DNA of 64,000 bases. It comes from Cyanophora paradoxa CCMP329. Taxonomy: Eukaryota; Plantae; Glaucophyta. The notes beneath the pieces are model-generated. The model saw nothing but the letters and a program-made list of their open reading frames with translations, had not been told where the DNA came from and searched no databases. The position numbers were made by a program, and so were the translations under genes. Below, piece after piece: positions 42,001 through 57,000 of the stretch. Location of the stretch: NCBI GenBank assembly GCA_004431415.1, contig QPMI01000136.1:137037-201036 (forward strand), given 5' to 3'. Each line of letters opens with the position of its first letter. The first letter of the stretch is position 1.

Positions 42001-45000
42001 GCGGCCGAGCTGTGAGAGGAGCTGCCGGAGGGCGAGCGACGAGGTGAGGGTGCGGTTGACGCCGGCCTCGTTGCTGAAGAGGTTGAGCGAGCCGGCGATG
42101 AGGTTCTGGACAACGGAGTCCGTGTCCGGCGTGTACGAGTTGCAGTCACGCGCGTAGCTGGCCGTCAAGTTGGCGGCGAGGGCGAGCGCCTCGTCCACGA
42201 ACGAGGCGCCGTAGTCCTCCACGAAGCCGCCGTCGAGGACGGTCGCGTACTGCCCCGCCGCCGCCCCGACGGCCGTTCTGCTGTACCCGGCGCCCTCGAC
42301 GGCCCGCATCGTGTTCCGTAGCGCGTCGATCTGGATCTGGAGCAGCGCGGGGTCCGCCGCGCTCAGGCGTCGCCGCGCAGGGACGCTCGTGAAGGTCCGG
42401 AGGGCCCGGCGCAACGCCCCGCTGTCCTTGGCTTGCTGCCGGGCCGAGCTTGTCGCCGTCGTAATGCTCCCGAAGGCGCAGCCGTAGTTCTTGGCGCGGA
42501 TGCACGTGTCGGTCTCCGCGTCGGTGTTCTCCTTGATGATCTTCGCGGCGTCCGAGTTCGACTTGCCGGCCGTCGGGCTGACGACCGCCACGGGGTCGAG
42601 CTCGAAGACGGTGAAGGCGCCCGTCGCGTCGCGAATGAAGGCCCGGAATCGGAGGCTCGCTGCGTGCGGAGGGTTCGAAGTCATCATCCAACGCGCGGCT
42701 CCAGCATTGATTTCGGCATCAAGCACTCAGATTCAACCACAAATCAATGCGCACTCTTGACGGGGAAAGCCCGGATCTTGGTGAGCGTGCTGTCGGGGGT
42801 GTAGCCGCGGAGGGAGGTCCGCTTCTCCTCGCCGACCTCCTCGGCCTCGAAGGCGTACTGGAGGGGCGGGCTGGCCGTGATCCAGTCCCCGCACGCGAGC
42901 CGGTACTCCTTGCTCAGCGCCGTCACCGACTTGGACGCGGCGCCCTGCGTCACGTCCCGCAGGCCGCCGTCCTCCAGAGGCTCCAGCAGCCTGCAGCTCC
43001 CCGACGCCGGCGGCTGCGGCTCTTTGCGTCAGTGCAAAGTGCATGCACGTCTGCAGATGCCAACGCTGTTGCTGCCACGCACCCGGTTGACAACCAGCGT
43101 GATCTCCGCGGAGGCAGTGCGCGTCTTCTTGTCCTTCTCCATCGTGACCGACAGGGCGAAGGTGTAGGTCTGGCCCGGGCGGAGGACGCCCTTCTTGAGG
43201 ACGAGGGACGGCCCCGTGCTGCTCTCTGTGACCTCCTTGTTCTGCAGGTCGAGTGTGCTCGCGCTCTGCACCGTCCACAGGTACTGCACCCTGTACTTCG
43301 CCGCGCCGTTCTTCTTGAAGTCGTCCGCGTCGATGTCCTTGGGCGCCTCGACGGATCCGGTGAGCTTCAGCTCGCGGAACGAGTTGACCGTGCGCGACCC
43401 CTCGACCTGCTCGGTCACGATCACGGCCGCGAGACGGCGTGGCTAGGCGACGCGCGGACGATTGCGAGGGCGCCTAGGCCTTGCATATATTTAATTTTAG
43501 CAGCTGCAGTATCGATATCGCGCGCACCTCGATGGACACGGCGGGGGGCGCGTACTCCACGATGACGACGGGGACGGAGGCCGTCGCCGCGGCGCGGCCG
43601 AGGTCATCGTTGCGTGTCACCTGCACCTCGAACGAGAACCTGGTTGCGGGCCGAATTAAAAATAAGAAACAAGCTTATATGTGATATAAATGAGGCGTCT
43701 ATATAACATTACTCACGGCTTCTGGGGGGACGCCTTGTCCGGCTGCAGGGTGCGAGCCGCAATCCGCAGAACGCATCCATTCCTGTCGCTCGGGAAGGAT
43801 GCGCCGGCGCCCTCGACGATGAAGCCGCTCGTGTCTCTCGAGAGCGTGTGCGCCGGGGAGCTGGCCCGCACCGCCCACTTGCACGCGAGCTTTGCGTCGA
43901 AGCCGGCGGCGGCGTTGTCGGGATCGAAGGACGCCGTCGCGTCGAGGACGACGTTGGAGTCGATCTCAGCGGTGCTCGTGAGCGTCCGCACGCCGCCCGA
44001 CTCTGCGAACGCCTTCGCGTCCGCGACGAGCTTCGCGGCCTTCACGGTGAGCTGCGTCGTGAAGGAGTTCTTGAGCTCCGGGTTCGACTTGACGTTGCCC
44101 TCGACCCTGATGGCGTACGGCGTGCTTCGGGGCTGAGTGGCCAGTCTCACGCGTCAGCTGCAGAAGATGCGCGGGCTGCACGTGCACGCGACTCGGGCGG
44201 GCGCACCGCGAGTGAAACCCTCCCGCCCGGCCCGATTGCGAACGACGAGGAGGTCGCCCCGGCCTGCAGCGTCTCGTCCATGTACCACCTGAACTCCATC
44301 TCCATAGCTGTGCACGCGCGTGCATCAGCGCCGCGAGCCGCCGCTGGCCGCACGGCGCCCGCGCTGCGGCAAAAAGTGCGGATCGGAGGCGCACTGGAGC
44401 TGGATGCGGAGGGGCAGGCGCTGAACGTCGCGCGGGCCGTGAGGGTCGTGTCCGCCGTCTTCGACGTCTCGAGCCGCGCACCCTCTGCAATCACGACGCT
44501 CGGAACTTCCGTGTTGGTTTTGAGGAGCTGCTATCGAATCAGCGTCCATAGTCAAGTATTAATAAAATAAAATGAGTTCGTACCGAGATCGCCTGCCGCT
44601 CGCTGGGCTTGTTCAAGAAATTGGTTCCGGTCACGGCCACCTGGTACTCTCCAGTCGCGGCCGTACCGAGGATGCGGAGTGCAGATCCTGAAATTCTGTA
44701 GAATTGGGCACCTGCTCGCAATATGGATGCCATGTCAGCCGCTAAAAGAGCTTCGAATTCGTATTCTCGCCAGATGGAAAGCGAAAGCCTGATGCAGACC
44801 GAGGGGGGCTCCGTTCAAGGTGACGGTCCACTGGAGGGTGAGCGGGCGCCCGCAGCCGCCGCCTTCGACCTTGAGGGTGTACTCCGCAGGGTCGCACCGC
44901 CCGACGGACTTGTCCCCCGTGAGCTGGATGACCGGCGTCGGCGGGTTGGCCGGCCCCTGGATGACGACGGCCGGGGCCGTGGCCGGAATCGGTGCGGAGT

Positions 45001-48000
45001 TACCGATCCTGCGGGCAATATATATTTACTGATTGACACGAATCGAAATGAAAGCAACAGGCCAAATGCAAGGCAGAGCGCACGCGTTGAGGATCGGGGC
45101 GCCCGTGCTCGCGATGGACACGGCGGTCAGGAGCCCTGCGAGGCCGGCGATGTTCTGGTCGTTCGCGCCGGCGATCGTCACCTCCAGGACCGTCGGGCTG
45201 ACGAACGAGCAGTACGAAGCTGCGCGAGAACGAGTTGGATATCGCTTGAATACGGAGAACGCAGACTAGCAAGTTCGCGCGGCGTGCGGGTGCGCACCTG
45301 GACCGAACAAGGTGGCCGCATCCTTGAAAATAGCACTCGTGTGCACGTTCCTGGCAGAGTCCAGCGCGGCAGCCGGCGTGCTCGTGTAGCTCTGCAGACA
45401 AAACCTCAGTACGTCCGGAATGCGGAATCAAAGTGGAAGCGAGAACTTTGCAAGCAGCACTACAGCACCTGGAGCATGTCGGAGTCCTCGCTCAGCGTGA
45501 ACAGCACCGTGTTGCCCTTCACACGCGTCAGGCACGGTCACGCGGCTCGCGATCGCTCGGCGTCTATTCGAGGCTCACCGCGTCGGAGAAGCGCGCGGAG
45601 ACGATCTGGAGGGGCTCTTTCGGGGTGCGGGCGACATCCACGCGGGCCACAGGGGCGTCGTCGGACGCGAGGCGCAAGCCCTCGATGAACGTCGCCAGCC
45701 GCGTGTTGACGAACAGGTCCAGCGTGCCCGCCCCCGTCGCGAACAGCTTGTACGCTGAGCGATTCCGTAAGCGTTGAGCGAAGAGACTTAATGCCAGAAT
45801 CACGCACAGATTGTGACAGCGCCGGTAGTGCCTGGAACGCGGGCCATCTGCGAAAGCAGTGTACATGTGCGCACGGTCAACGTTCGCTCTTTTGGCGAGC
45901 CCACAAGTACGAGCGACAGCGCAATCCGCGCACCGAAAGGTCCCGGAAGCAGCCGATGACGCCCTGGTAGCGCACGTACGAGCAGAGGGGCGCCCCTCCC
46001 GCCTCTGTCGTGAATTCCGCGAAGAACGGCAGCCTCGCCACGCCGCCCGAAAAAGCGAACTGGAACGCATTGTTCGGCTCCCTGAGAAAATAAATAAAAA
46101 GTTAGTTTACGGCAGTGCTTGCTTTGGCGATTTCGACTTCTGATCAAGGACCTACAAAGCAGGACTACATCTATAGAGTTCGATTCGTGTGCGACATGCA
46201 CATGTACAGTTCCAATCTCCGAATTCGAATAGCATGAACGTCAACGTCGACCGCGACAGATTTGCAATAAAATGCATTCTTTTCCATCGCTAACGATTGA
46301 TGTTAACGCTAATATTCCCTTGAACAAACGATCGGTGTTATCGCTAACATAAAATATTCCCTAGAACGAACGATTTCGATTTAGGCGAGACCTTCGCATT
46401 TTCTAATATTTATAATTAAATCTTCAACATTTAACTAGGTCAAATGTCAAGCAATCGTAATCTTAACGTCAACGGTCGGGAGCGCTTTTAAAATTGCGTG
46501 AAGTCGAATATGGCACAGGACCGGACGCACTGATTGAAGTCCACGACGTTGCCGCACGCGTCCACGCCGGTGACGCGAATCGAGCTGGCGGCCTCCGCGG
46601 CGAGCGGGCCAGCGATGCTCTCCTTGAGTGCAGAGGCGTCCTGGATGTTCGCCAGGACGTTGGGGGCCACCGCAAGGGGCACGGCAGTGCCGAACGCGCT
46701 GTTGGGGACGCCGCTGCGCGAGGCCCGGATCTGCAGCGCGCCAGTCGAGCAGGTCGAGAAGGTGATCCGGTAGACCCCGGCGGGCGTCGCGGACAGATAG
46801 GAATAGTTCCAGCTCTTTGACGTGCCAAGGCCAGTCGTCGCAATAACGGGAAGAACCGCTGATGGCCTCACGACAATCGCGGGATCGGAGGCGACCAAAG
46901 ACAACGTCTGGAATTCGAAATGAGATCGGTCAGCCGCTTCGAAATTAAGCGGAATCATCGGAAACAAAAGCTTGGAATGTGCACCGAAGCGGTCCATGGC
47001 GATGGAATCGCGGACGAGCAGCCCGTGGCATCCGCACCGCTTGTGAAACCAAGCTTCAAGTTGGCCTCGCTCTCGGCGATGGTCTGGTAGGCGGACGGCT
47101 CCACGAGATTGCCGAAGGCATCGCGGACGGCCACGTACGCGGTGGCGGTCTGGCCCGCCAGCGCCCGCGCGCTGCTCACCCACTCGACGCCGGACGCGTT
47201 GTAGAACGGGTAGACCGAGTCTGACGCAGGCGCAGGCTCGCCGGGGTTGACGAAGACGGTGAAGCCCGAGCCCACGCCGGCTGCCTGGCCGTTGATGGAG
47301 ACCGTCAGCTTGTAGTACCCCGCCTTGAAGGCGGTCACGGAAGCTGTGAAGGAGCCGTCGGTGTTCGATGTGACTGTTGCAGTGGCCACAGAGGGGAAAG
47401 CATTCGGGTTGATGAGCGCCTTGAACCCGTCGGGCAGCGAAAACGCGGTCTCTCTGCACCGTTGAATCAGAAAAAGTTGTGCTTTGAATACAACTCCCAT
47501 GCAACCCGGTGCGCACTCGATACTAGCGGCTGTAGAGGTAGGGCCAAGGTAGGTCGGGGTGACCGCAACGGTGCTGAACCCGTCCACTTTTGCGCCTTGA
47601 GCGTCGCGGAGCTCGATGCGGAACGTGAAGGGCTTGCCTGCCGTGTATGTCTTGCAGACGTCGCTGACAACGCCCGACTTGGAAGCAGTAATTTCGCCGG
47701 CCGTAAGCGAAATAGTCGTGACCGTCGACGACGATGCGCCGACGGTGCCAGTGACAGTGACCGTTGCGCTTCCGCTTACTGAAGTCTTGCCGGTCAGCAC
47801 GAACTTGTCTACCCAGGTGCCGTCAGCCCCGTACGTTCCCTTGGTTGTGACCACATCCATGGGGTCAGCCGGCGAGGCGGATACGCTCGCAGCGACCGGC
47901 GCAGTGGTCGCTGTGCCAGCGGAAGAGCGGAACGAGAAGGCGGCGGGGCAAGCCGATGCCGCGACACCGGCAGGGATGCTGCCCATGAAATTGTCGTTGC

Positions 48001-51000
48001 TGCCGAGACGAGATGTGGGTAAGAGAGCCAGAGCGACATGAGCGCACTGCAAACCTGTCGCGGTAGATGCCAGAGAAGGAGACGGGGAGGCCCTTGAATG
48101 CCTTGATGGTCCCAGGGATGCCCTCGAAGGAGACCTTCGTCTGGGTCGACGGGAGGGCGAAGAAGCGGATCGGCGAGTTGGAGATAGCGCCGGAGGTTGC
48201 GGTGTCTCCAGTTGCGAGGCTCAGCCGGAGCTCGTACATGCCTCGGCGAGGAGGCACTCGGAATTCCACGAGGAAAGTCCCTGGAGACGCGTTCAGCAAT
48301 GGATGTCGCATCTTCGATTTGAACGATGAACGGTTATGCGAAATGAAAGCTGACCGTTCAGGAAGTTTGTGATCGTGGGGGCCGCGCTGGTGTCGAGGGC
48401 GGGCGTCACCCCGTAATAGCTGAATGAAGGGTCCGTCGGGTCGGATGCAGTCAGAGATACGAGCTGCGGTCAATTGAATTAGCAAAGAAGATCCACCATC
48501 ACATTATCGTACAAGAGCTGCGCACCTGGGCAGAAAGAGTGCCCGCGTTACGCCCAGAAACAGGCAAACCATCCGAGTCAAACGCTTGGACGACAACGCT
48601 GGTGGACCAGCCAACGATCTGGTAGTTATTTGTAGGATCGCAGACGGCAGGACCGCTCGCAACGCTGCGCGACGCGATGACCGGCGCCGGGCCCTTCTTG
48701 GTGACGAACGTGCGCGTGGTGGCGACTGACGAGCCGCCTGCGTTGGCCGTCGTGGCAGTGCACTGGTATCCCGTGAGGGCTTCAAGCTTCACTGGGACGC
48801 TGACGGACGTCTGAGAGGAGAGCACAGAGACCGTGACGGGCGCAACGGCCGCCAGGGTGGAGGTTGAGACGCAGGAAACCGTCGCGCTGGTGATAGCGTC
48901 GACGCTGATCACGGAGATCACGATTGAGACTGCGCCCTCGCTTGTCCGCTCCACGTCGACAGCGGCGTCTGTCGCTGGGGTGGTGATCTTCGGAGGTGCC
49001 GGCACGGCAGCGGTGGTGAATCTCCTAGTAGCAATTGGCGAAGACTCAGATACACCAGCAACCAAAGTCGAGGCATCGCATGTGTACTCGACGCCTGGGT
49101 TCAGTGTAACCTGTAATTGATCATGAAAGTCAAAATGAATCTTGAGGAAACGAATTTCGCGAGAGCACCAGAGCGGTGATTGATGTTGGATTTTGAGCTG
49201 AAGGCCCTGTCAGGGTGACGGGGGTGAGAGCTGCAGCTGCATTGGCCGCCCTGCAAGTCAGAGTTCCGCCTGTGACTCCATCGGATGCAAGCACTCCAAT
49301 TGTGAGCGAGGCCTGTCCGTCTGCGTTACGGGTAATCCCCGTCGCTCCGTCTGTCGTGGGCGAAGTAACGATGGGAGGGGCAGGTCCTTTGCGAGTCGCG
49401 AATCGCCGTATGCTGACGTCGGATGTGCCGTGGATGTTGGTGGTCTGTGCGCGGCAGTCGTACTCCGTCCCCGCAGCAAGTGCAACCTCGACCACAGCGA
49501 AATTCGACGTCAAAGACGTAGACACTGGAGGCAGGTCGGACGACCCGGAAGCAGTGGACTTGCAAGTAACGACGACGTTCTGGACGGCATCCGCTGCCGT
49601 CGTGTTGATCGTGAGAGCGACTCTTCCGGAAGAGAGACGCGGGATGTTGGCGACGCCGTCCGTGGCCGGAGTGGTGAAGACTGGAGGAGCCGGTCGAGGA
49701 ATGGGTGACGGTGTGGGCGACGGACTCGGGCTTGGAGTCTGACTCGGCGACGGGCTGGGTGAAGGGCTTGGGCTCGGCGTCCGACTCGGCGACGGGCTCG
49801 GGCTCGGGCTTGGCGTTGGAAGCATCAGCGTATGTTGAAATGACGCAAGGCGTGCGCAGTTCGTACCTAGGTGTTGCTGTCGACGTAATCGCAACGCAGA
49901 AGCCAGTGCTGTTCGCCTGTGTCACGGCCATAGAGGATCAGGTGCCCATCGCAATTGCCCTCGAGCGGTAGAAATTAAAGGCGCACGGTTTTCCCTGCTC
50001 CGCAGGACACGGCACAACGACTGCCGTCAATCTGGATGTAGGAGCAAGCGCGGAAGTGTTTCGAAAAAGGTTCGACGCATTCACAGCTGCAAAGTGGGGC
50101 GCACCAAGACGCCCGCCGCCTTGCAGGTGGCCTCCGAGTCGCAAGCAGTCCCCGTCGCGATGGTGTCGCCCGCAGCACAGGCAGCGATCTCGCAAGTCTC
50201 CGTCGCGGTCTGTTAGTGATGCAGTGTGGCCCGCCACGGCCCCATTGATCAACAAGAGGCGAGCAGGCTCAGCGGCCGCCGCGAAAAGCGCATATGCAAC
50301 GGCTACTCACCACGGGCACCGTCCCCGCCGTCTCGCACGTCGACACGCACTTGCCCGCCGTCGCGTCCACCTGCCGCGCAGGGGCGCCGGCCCTCCATCA
50401 GTACGCGCGCCCGCCGACGAAGCGGGTCTCGACTAGTCGCTCGTCACGAGAGCGCACGTAGAGCCCGTCCGCCGCCTTGCAGGTGGCCTCCGAGTCGCAG
50501 ACGGTCCCCGTCGCGATGGTGTCGCCCGCAGCGCACACGGCGACCTCGCAAGTCTCCGTCGTGGTCTGTTAGTGATGCAGTGTGGCCCAATTGATCAGCA
50601 ACAGGCGGGGAGGCGCAGCGGCCGCCAAGCAAAGCGAAAGTTCAGCGACTACGCACCACGGGCACCGTCCCCGCCGTCTCGCACGTCGACACGCACTTGC
50701 CCGCCGTCGCGTCCACCTGCCGCGCAGGGGCGCCGGCTCTCAATCAGTACACGCGCCCGATGAGGCGGGTCCGGACTAGTCGCTCTGTACGTGAGCGCAC
50801 GTAGAGCCCGTCCGCCGCCTTGCAGGTGGCGTCCGAGTCGCAGACGGTCCCCGTCGCGATGGTGTCGCCCGCAGCGCAGGCAGCGATCTCGCAAGTCTCC
50901 GTCGTGGTCTGTTAGTGGGCCCGCCCAACCCTCATTGATCAAAAGGGGGTGAGGAAGTGCAGAGTGCAACACGCAACGCAAATGTTCAACGGCTACGCAC

Positions 51001-54000
51001 CACGGGCACCGTCCCCGCCGTCTCGCACGTCGACACGCACTTCCCCGCCGTTGCGTCCACCTGCCGCGCACGGGCGCCGGCCCTCAATCAGTACACGTGT
51101 CCAACAAGGAGGCGGATCCCGACTAGTCTCTTAGCATGAGCGCACGTAGAGCCCGTCCGCCGCCTTGCAGGTGGCGTCCGAGTCGCAAGCAGTCCCCGTC
51201 GCGATGGTGTCGCCCGCAGTACAGGCAGCGATCTCGCAAGTCTCCGTCGCGGTCTGTTAGTGATGCAGTGTGGCCCGCCACGGCCGCATTGATCAACAAG
51301 AGGCGAGCAGGCTCAGCGGCCGCCGCGAAAAGCGCATATGCAACGGCTACTCACCACGGGGACCGTCCCCGCCGTCTCGCACGTCGACACGCACTTGCCC
51401 GCCGTCGCGTCCACCTGCCGCGCAGGGGCGCCGGCCCTCAATCAGTACACGCGCCCGATGAGGCGGGTCCTGACTAGTCGCTTTGTACGTGAGCGCACGT
51501 AGAGCCCGTCCGCCGCCTTGCAGGTGGCGTCCGAGTCGCAGACGGTCCCCGTCGCGATGGTGTCGCCCGCAGCGCACACGGCGACCTCGCAAGTCTCCGT
51601 CGTGGTCTGTTGGTGGGCCCGCCCAACCCTCATTGATCCAAAGGGGGTGAAGAAGTGCAGAGTGCAACACGCAACGCAAATGTTCAACGGCTACGCACCA
51701 CAGGCACCGTCCCCGCCGTCTCACACGTCGACACGCACTTCCCCGCCGTTGCGTCCACCTGCCGCGCAGGGGCGCCAGCCCTCAATCAGTACACGTGTCC
51801 AACAAGGAGGCGGATCCCGACTAGTCTCTTAGCATGAGCGCACGTAAAGCCCGTCCGCCGCCTTGCAGGTGGCGTCCGAGTCGCAAGCAGTCCCCGTCGC
51901 GATGGTGTCGCCCGCAGAACAGGCAGCGATCTCGCAAGTCTCCGTCGCGGTCTGTTAGTGATGCAGTGTGGCCCGCCACGGCCCCATTGATCAACAAGAG
52001 GCGAGCAGGCTCAGCGGCCGCCGCGAAAAGCGCATATGCAACGGCTACTCACCACGGGCACCGTCCCCGCCGTCTCGCACGTCGACACGCACTTGCCCGC
52101 CGTCGCGTCCACCTGCCGCGCAGGGGCGCCGGCCCTCAATCAGTACGCGCGCCCGATGAGGCGGGTCCCGGAGTCCGGACTAGTCGCTTTGTACGTGAGC
52201 GCACGTAGAGCCCGTCCGCCGCCTTGCAGGTGGCGTCCGAGTCGCAGACGGTCCCCGTCGCGATGGTGTCGCCCGCAGCGCACACGGCGACCTCGCAAGT
52301 CTCCGTCGTGGTCTGTTGTTGGGCCCGCCCAACCCTCATTGATCAAAAGGGGGTGAAGAAGTGCAGAGTGCAACACGCAACGCAAATGTTCAACGGCTAC
52401 GCACCACAGGCACCGTCCCCGCCGTCTCGCACGTCGACACGCACTTCCCCGCCGTTGCGTCCACCTGCCGCGCAGGGGCGCCAGCCCTCAATCAGTACAC
52501 GTGTCCAACAAGGAGGCGGATCCCGACTAGTCTCTTAGCATGAGCGCACGTAGAGCCCGTCCGCCGCCTTGCAGGTGGCGTCCGAGTCGCAAGCAGTCCC
52601 CGTCGCGATGGTGTAGCCTGCAGAACAGGCAGCGATCTCGCAAGTCTCCGTCGCGGTCTGTTAGTGATGCAGTGTGGCCCGCCACGGCCGCATTGATCAA
52701 CAAGAGGCGAGCAGGCTCAGCGGCCGCCGCGCAAAGCGCATATGCAACGGCTACTCACCACGGGCACCGTCCCCGCCGTCTCGCACGTCGACACGCACTT
52801 GCCCGCCGTCGCGTCCACCTGCCGCGCAGGGGCGCCGGCCCTCAATCAGTACACGCGCCCGATGAGGCGGGTCCTGACTAGTCGCTCTGTACGTGAGCGC
52901 ACGTAGAACCCGTCCGCCGCCTTGCAGGTGGCGTCCGAGTCGCAGACGGTCCCCGTCGCGATGGTGTCGCCCGCAGCGCACACGGCAACCTCGCAAGTCT
53001 CCGTCGTGGTCTGTTGGTGGGACCCGCCGAGGCCCGATTGATCAGCAAGAGGCCGGAGGCGCAGCGGCCAACACGCAAAGCGAAAGTTCAGCGACTACGC
53101 ACCACGGGCACCGTCCCCGCCGTCTCGCACGTCGACACGCACTTGCCCGCCGTTGCGTCCACCTGCCGCGCAGGGGCGCCGGCCCTCAATCAGTACACGC
53201 GCCCGCCGACGAGGCGGGTCCCGACTAGTCGCTCGTCACGAGAGCGCACATAGAGCCCGTCCACCGCCTTGCAGGTGGCCTCCGAGTTGCAGACGGTCCC
53301 CGTCGCGATGGTGTCGCCCGCAGTGCAGGCAGCGATCTCGCAAGTCTCCGTCGTGGTCTGATAGTGCAAGAAAGTGTGGCCCGCCGCGGCCCCATTGATC
53401 AGCAAGAGGCCGGAGGCGCAGGGGCCAACACGCAAAGCGAAAGTTCAGCGACTACGCACCACGGGCACCGTCCCCGCCGTCTCGCACGTCGACACGCACT
53501 TGCCCGCCGTCGCGTCCACCTGCCGCGCAGGGGCGCCGGCCCTCAATCAGTACACGCGCCCGCCGACGAGGCGGGTCCCGACTAGTCGCTCGTCACGAGA
53601 GCGCACGTAGAGCCCGTCCGCCGTCTTGCAGGTGGCATCCGAGTCGCAGACGGTCCCCGTCGCAATGGTGTCGCCCGCAGCGCACACGGCGACCTCGCAA
53701 GTTTCCGTCGTAGTCTGTTTGTGGGCCCGCCCAGCCCTCATTGATCAGAAGGGGATGAAGAAGTGCCGAGTGCAACACGCAACGCAAATGTTCAACGGCT
53801 ACGCACCACGGGCACCGTCCCCGCCGTCTCGCACGTCGACACGCACTTGCCCGCCGTCGCGTCCACCTGCCGTGCAGGGGCGCCGGCCCTCAATCAGTAC
53901 GCGCGCCCGCCGACGAGGCGGGTCCCGACTAGTCGCTCTGTACGTGAGCGCACGTAGAGCCCGTCCGTCGCCTTGCAGGTGGCCTCCGAGTTGCAGACGG

Positions 54001-57000
54001 TCCCCGTCGCGATGGTGTCGCCCGCAGCGCAGGCGGCGACCTCGCAAGTCTCTGTCGTGGTCTGATAGTGCGATGAGGTGTGGCCCGCCGCGGCCCCATT
54101 GATCAGCAACAGGCGGGGAGGCGCAGCGGCCAACACGCAAAGCGAAAGTTCAGCGACTACGCACCACGGGCACCGTCCCCGCCGTCTCGCACGTCGACAC
54201 GCACTTGCCAGCCGTCGCGTCCGCCTGCCGCGCAGGGGCGCCGGCCCTCAATCAGCACACGTGCCCGCCGACGAGGCGGGTCCCGACTAGTCGCTCGTCA
54301 CGAGAGCGCACGTAGAGCCCGTCCGCCGCCTTGCAGGTGGCATCCGAGTTGCAGACGGTCCCCGTCGCGATGGTGTCGCCCGCAGTGCAGGCAGCGATCT
54401 CGCAAGTCTTCGTCGTGGTCTGTTAGTGGGCCCGCCCAGCCCTCATTGATCAGAAGGGGGTGAGGAAGTGCAGATTCCAACACGCAAAGCGAATGTTCAG
54501 CGACTACGCACCACGGGCACTGTCCCGGCCGTCTTGCACGTCGACACGCACTTGCCCGCCGTCGCGTCCACCTGCCGCGCAGGGGCGCCGGCCCTCAATC
54601 AGTACGCGCGCCCGCCGACGAGGCGGATCCCGACTAGTCGCTCTGTAAGTGAGCGCACGTAGAGCCCGTCCGTCGCCTTGCAGGTGGCCTCCGAGTTGCA
54701 GACGGTCCCCGTCGCGATGGTGTCGCCCGCAGCGCAGGCGGCGACCTCGCAAGTCTCTGTCGTGGTCTGATAGTGCGATGAGGTGTGGCCCGCCGCGGCC
54801 CCATTGATCAGCAACAGGCGGGGAGGCGCAGCGGCCAACACGCAAAGCGAAAGTTCAGCGACTACGCACCACGGGCACCGTCCCCGCCGTCTCGCACGTC
54901 GACACGCACTTGCCAGCCGTCGCGTCCGCCTGCCGCGCAGGGGCGCCGGCCCTCAATCAGCACACGTGCCCTCCGACGAGGCGGGTCCCGACTAGTCGCT
55001 CGTCACGAGAGCGCACGTAGAGCCCGTCCGCCGCCTTGCAGGTGGCATCCGAGTTGCAGACGGTCCCCGTCGCGATGGTGTCGCCCGCAGTGCAGGCAGC
55101 GATCTCGCAAGTCTTCGTCGTGGTCTGTTAGTGGGCCCGCCCAGCCCTCATTGATCAGAAGGGGGTGAGGAAGTGCAGATTCCAACACGCAAAGCGAATG
55201 TTCAGCGACTACGCACCACGGGCACTGTCCCGGCCGTCTCGCACGTCGCCACGCACTTGCCCGCCGTCGCGTCCACCTGCCGCGCAGGGGCGCCGGCCCT
55301 CAATCAGTACACGCGCCCGCCACGGAGGCGGATCCCGACTAGTCGCTCTGTAAGTGAGCGCACGTAGAGCCCGTCCGCCGCCTTGCAGGTGGCCTCCAAG
55401 TTGCAGACGGTCCCCGTCGCGATGGTGTCCCCCGCAGCGCAGGCGGCGATCTCGCAAGTCTCCGTCGCGGTCTGATAGTGCGATGAGGTGTGGCCCGCCG
55501 CGGCCCCATTGATCAGCAAGAGGCGGGGAGGCGCGGCGGCCAACACGCAAAGCGAAAGTTCAGCGACTATGCACCACGGGCACCGTCCCCGCCGTCTCGC
55601 ACGTCGACACGCACTTGCCCGCCGTCGCGTCCACCTGCCGCGCAGGGGCGCCGGCCCTCAATCAGCACACGTGCTCGCCGATGAGGCGGGTCCCGACAAG
55701 TCGCTCGTCACGAGAGCGCACGTAGAGCCCGTCCACCGCCTTGCAGGTGGCGTCCGAGTCGCAGACGGTCCCCATCGCGATGGTGTCGCCCGCAGCGCAG
55801 GCAGCGATCTCGCAAGTCTCCGTCGTGGTCTGTTAGTGGGCCCGCCCAGCCCTCATTGATCAGAACGGGGTGAGGAAGTGCAGATTCCAACACGCAAAGC
55901 GAATGTTCAACGACTACGCACCACGGGCACCGTCCCCGCCGTCTCGCACGTCGCCACGCACTTGCCCGCCGTCGCGTCCACCTGCCGCGCAGGGGCGCCG
56001 GCCCTCAATCAGTACACGCGCCCGCCACGGAGGCGGGTCCCGACTAGTCGCTTTGTAAGTGATCGCACGTAGAGCCCGCCCGCCGCCTTGCAGGTGGCCT
56101 CCGAGTTGCAGACGGTCCCCATCGCGATGGTGTCGCCCGCAGCGCAGGCAGCGATCTCGCAAGTTTCCGTCGTGGTCTAATAGTGCGAGAAAGTGTGGCC
56201 CGCCGCGGCCCCATTGATCAGCAAGAGGCCGGAGGCGCAGCGGCCAACACGCAAAGCAAAAGTTCAGCGACTATGCACCACGGGCACCGTCCCCGCCGTC
56301 TCGCACGTCGACACGCACTTGCCAGCCGTCGCGTCCACCTGCCGCGCAGGGGCGCCGGCCCTCAATCAGCACACGTGCTCGCCGATGAGGCGGGTCCCGA
56401 CAAGTCGCTCGTCACGAGAGCGCACGTAGAGCCCGTCCACCGCCTTGCAGGTTGCGTCCGAGTCGCAGACGGTCCCCGTCGCGATGGTGTCGCCCGCAGC
56501 GCAGGCAGCGATCTCGCAAGTCTCCGTCGTGGTCTGATAGTGCAAGAAAGTGTGGCCCGCCGGGGCCCCATTGATCAGCAAGAGGCCGGAGGCGCAGCGG
56601 CCAACACGCAAAGCGAAAGTTCAGCGACTACGCACCACGGGCACCGTCCCCGCCGTCTCGCACGTCGACACGCACTTGCCCGCCGTCGCGTCCACCTGCC
56701 GCGCAGGGGCGCCGGCCCTCAATCAGTACACGCGCCCGCCATGGAGGTGGATCCCGACTAGTCGCTCTGTACGTGAGCGCACGTAGAGCCCGTCCACCGC
56801 CTTGCAGGTGGCGTCCGAGTCGCAGACGGTCCCCGTCGCGATGGTGTCGCCCGCAGCGCAGGCGGCGACCTCGCAAGTCTCTGTCGTGGTCTGATAGTGC
56901 GATGAGGTGTGGCCCGCCGCGGCCCCATTGATCAGCAACAGGCGGGGAGGCGCAGCGGCCAACACGCAAAGCGAAAGTTCAGCGACTACGCACCACGGGC

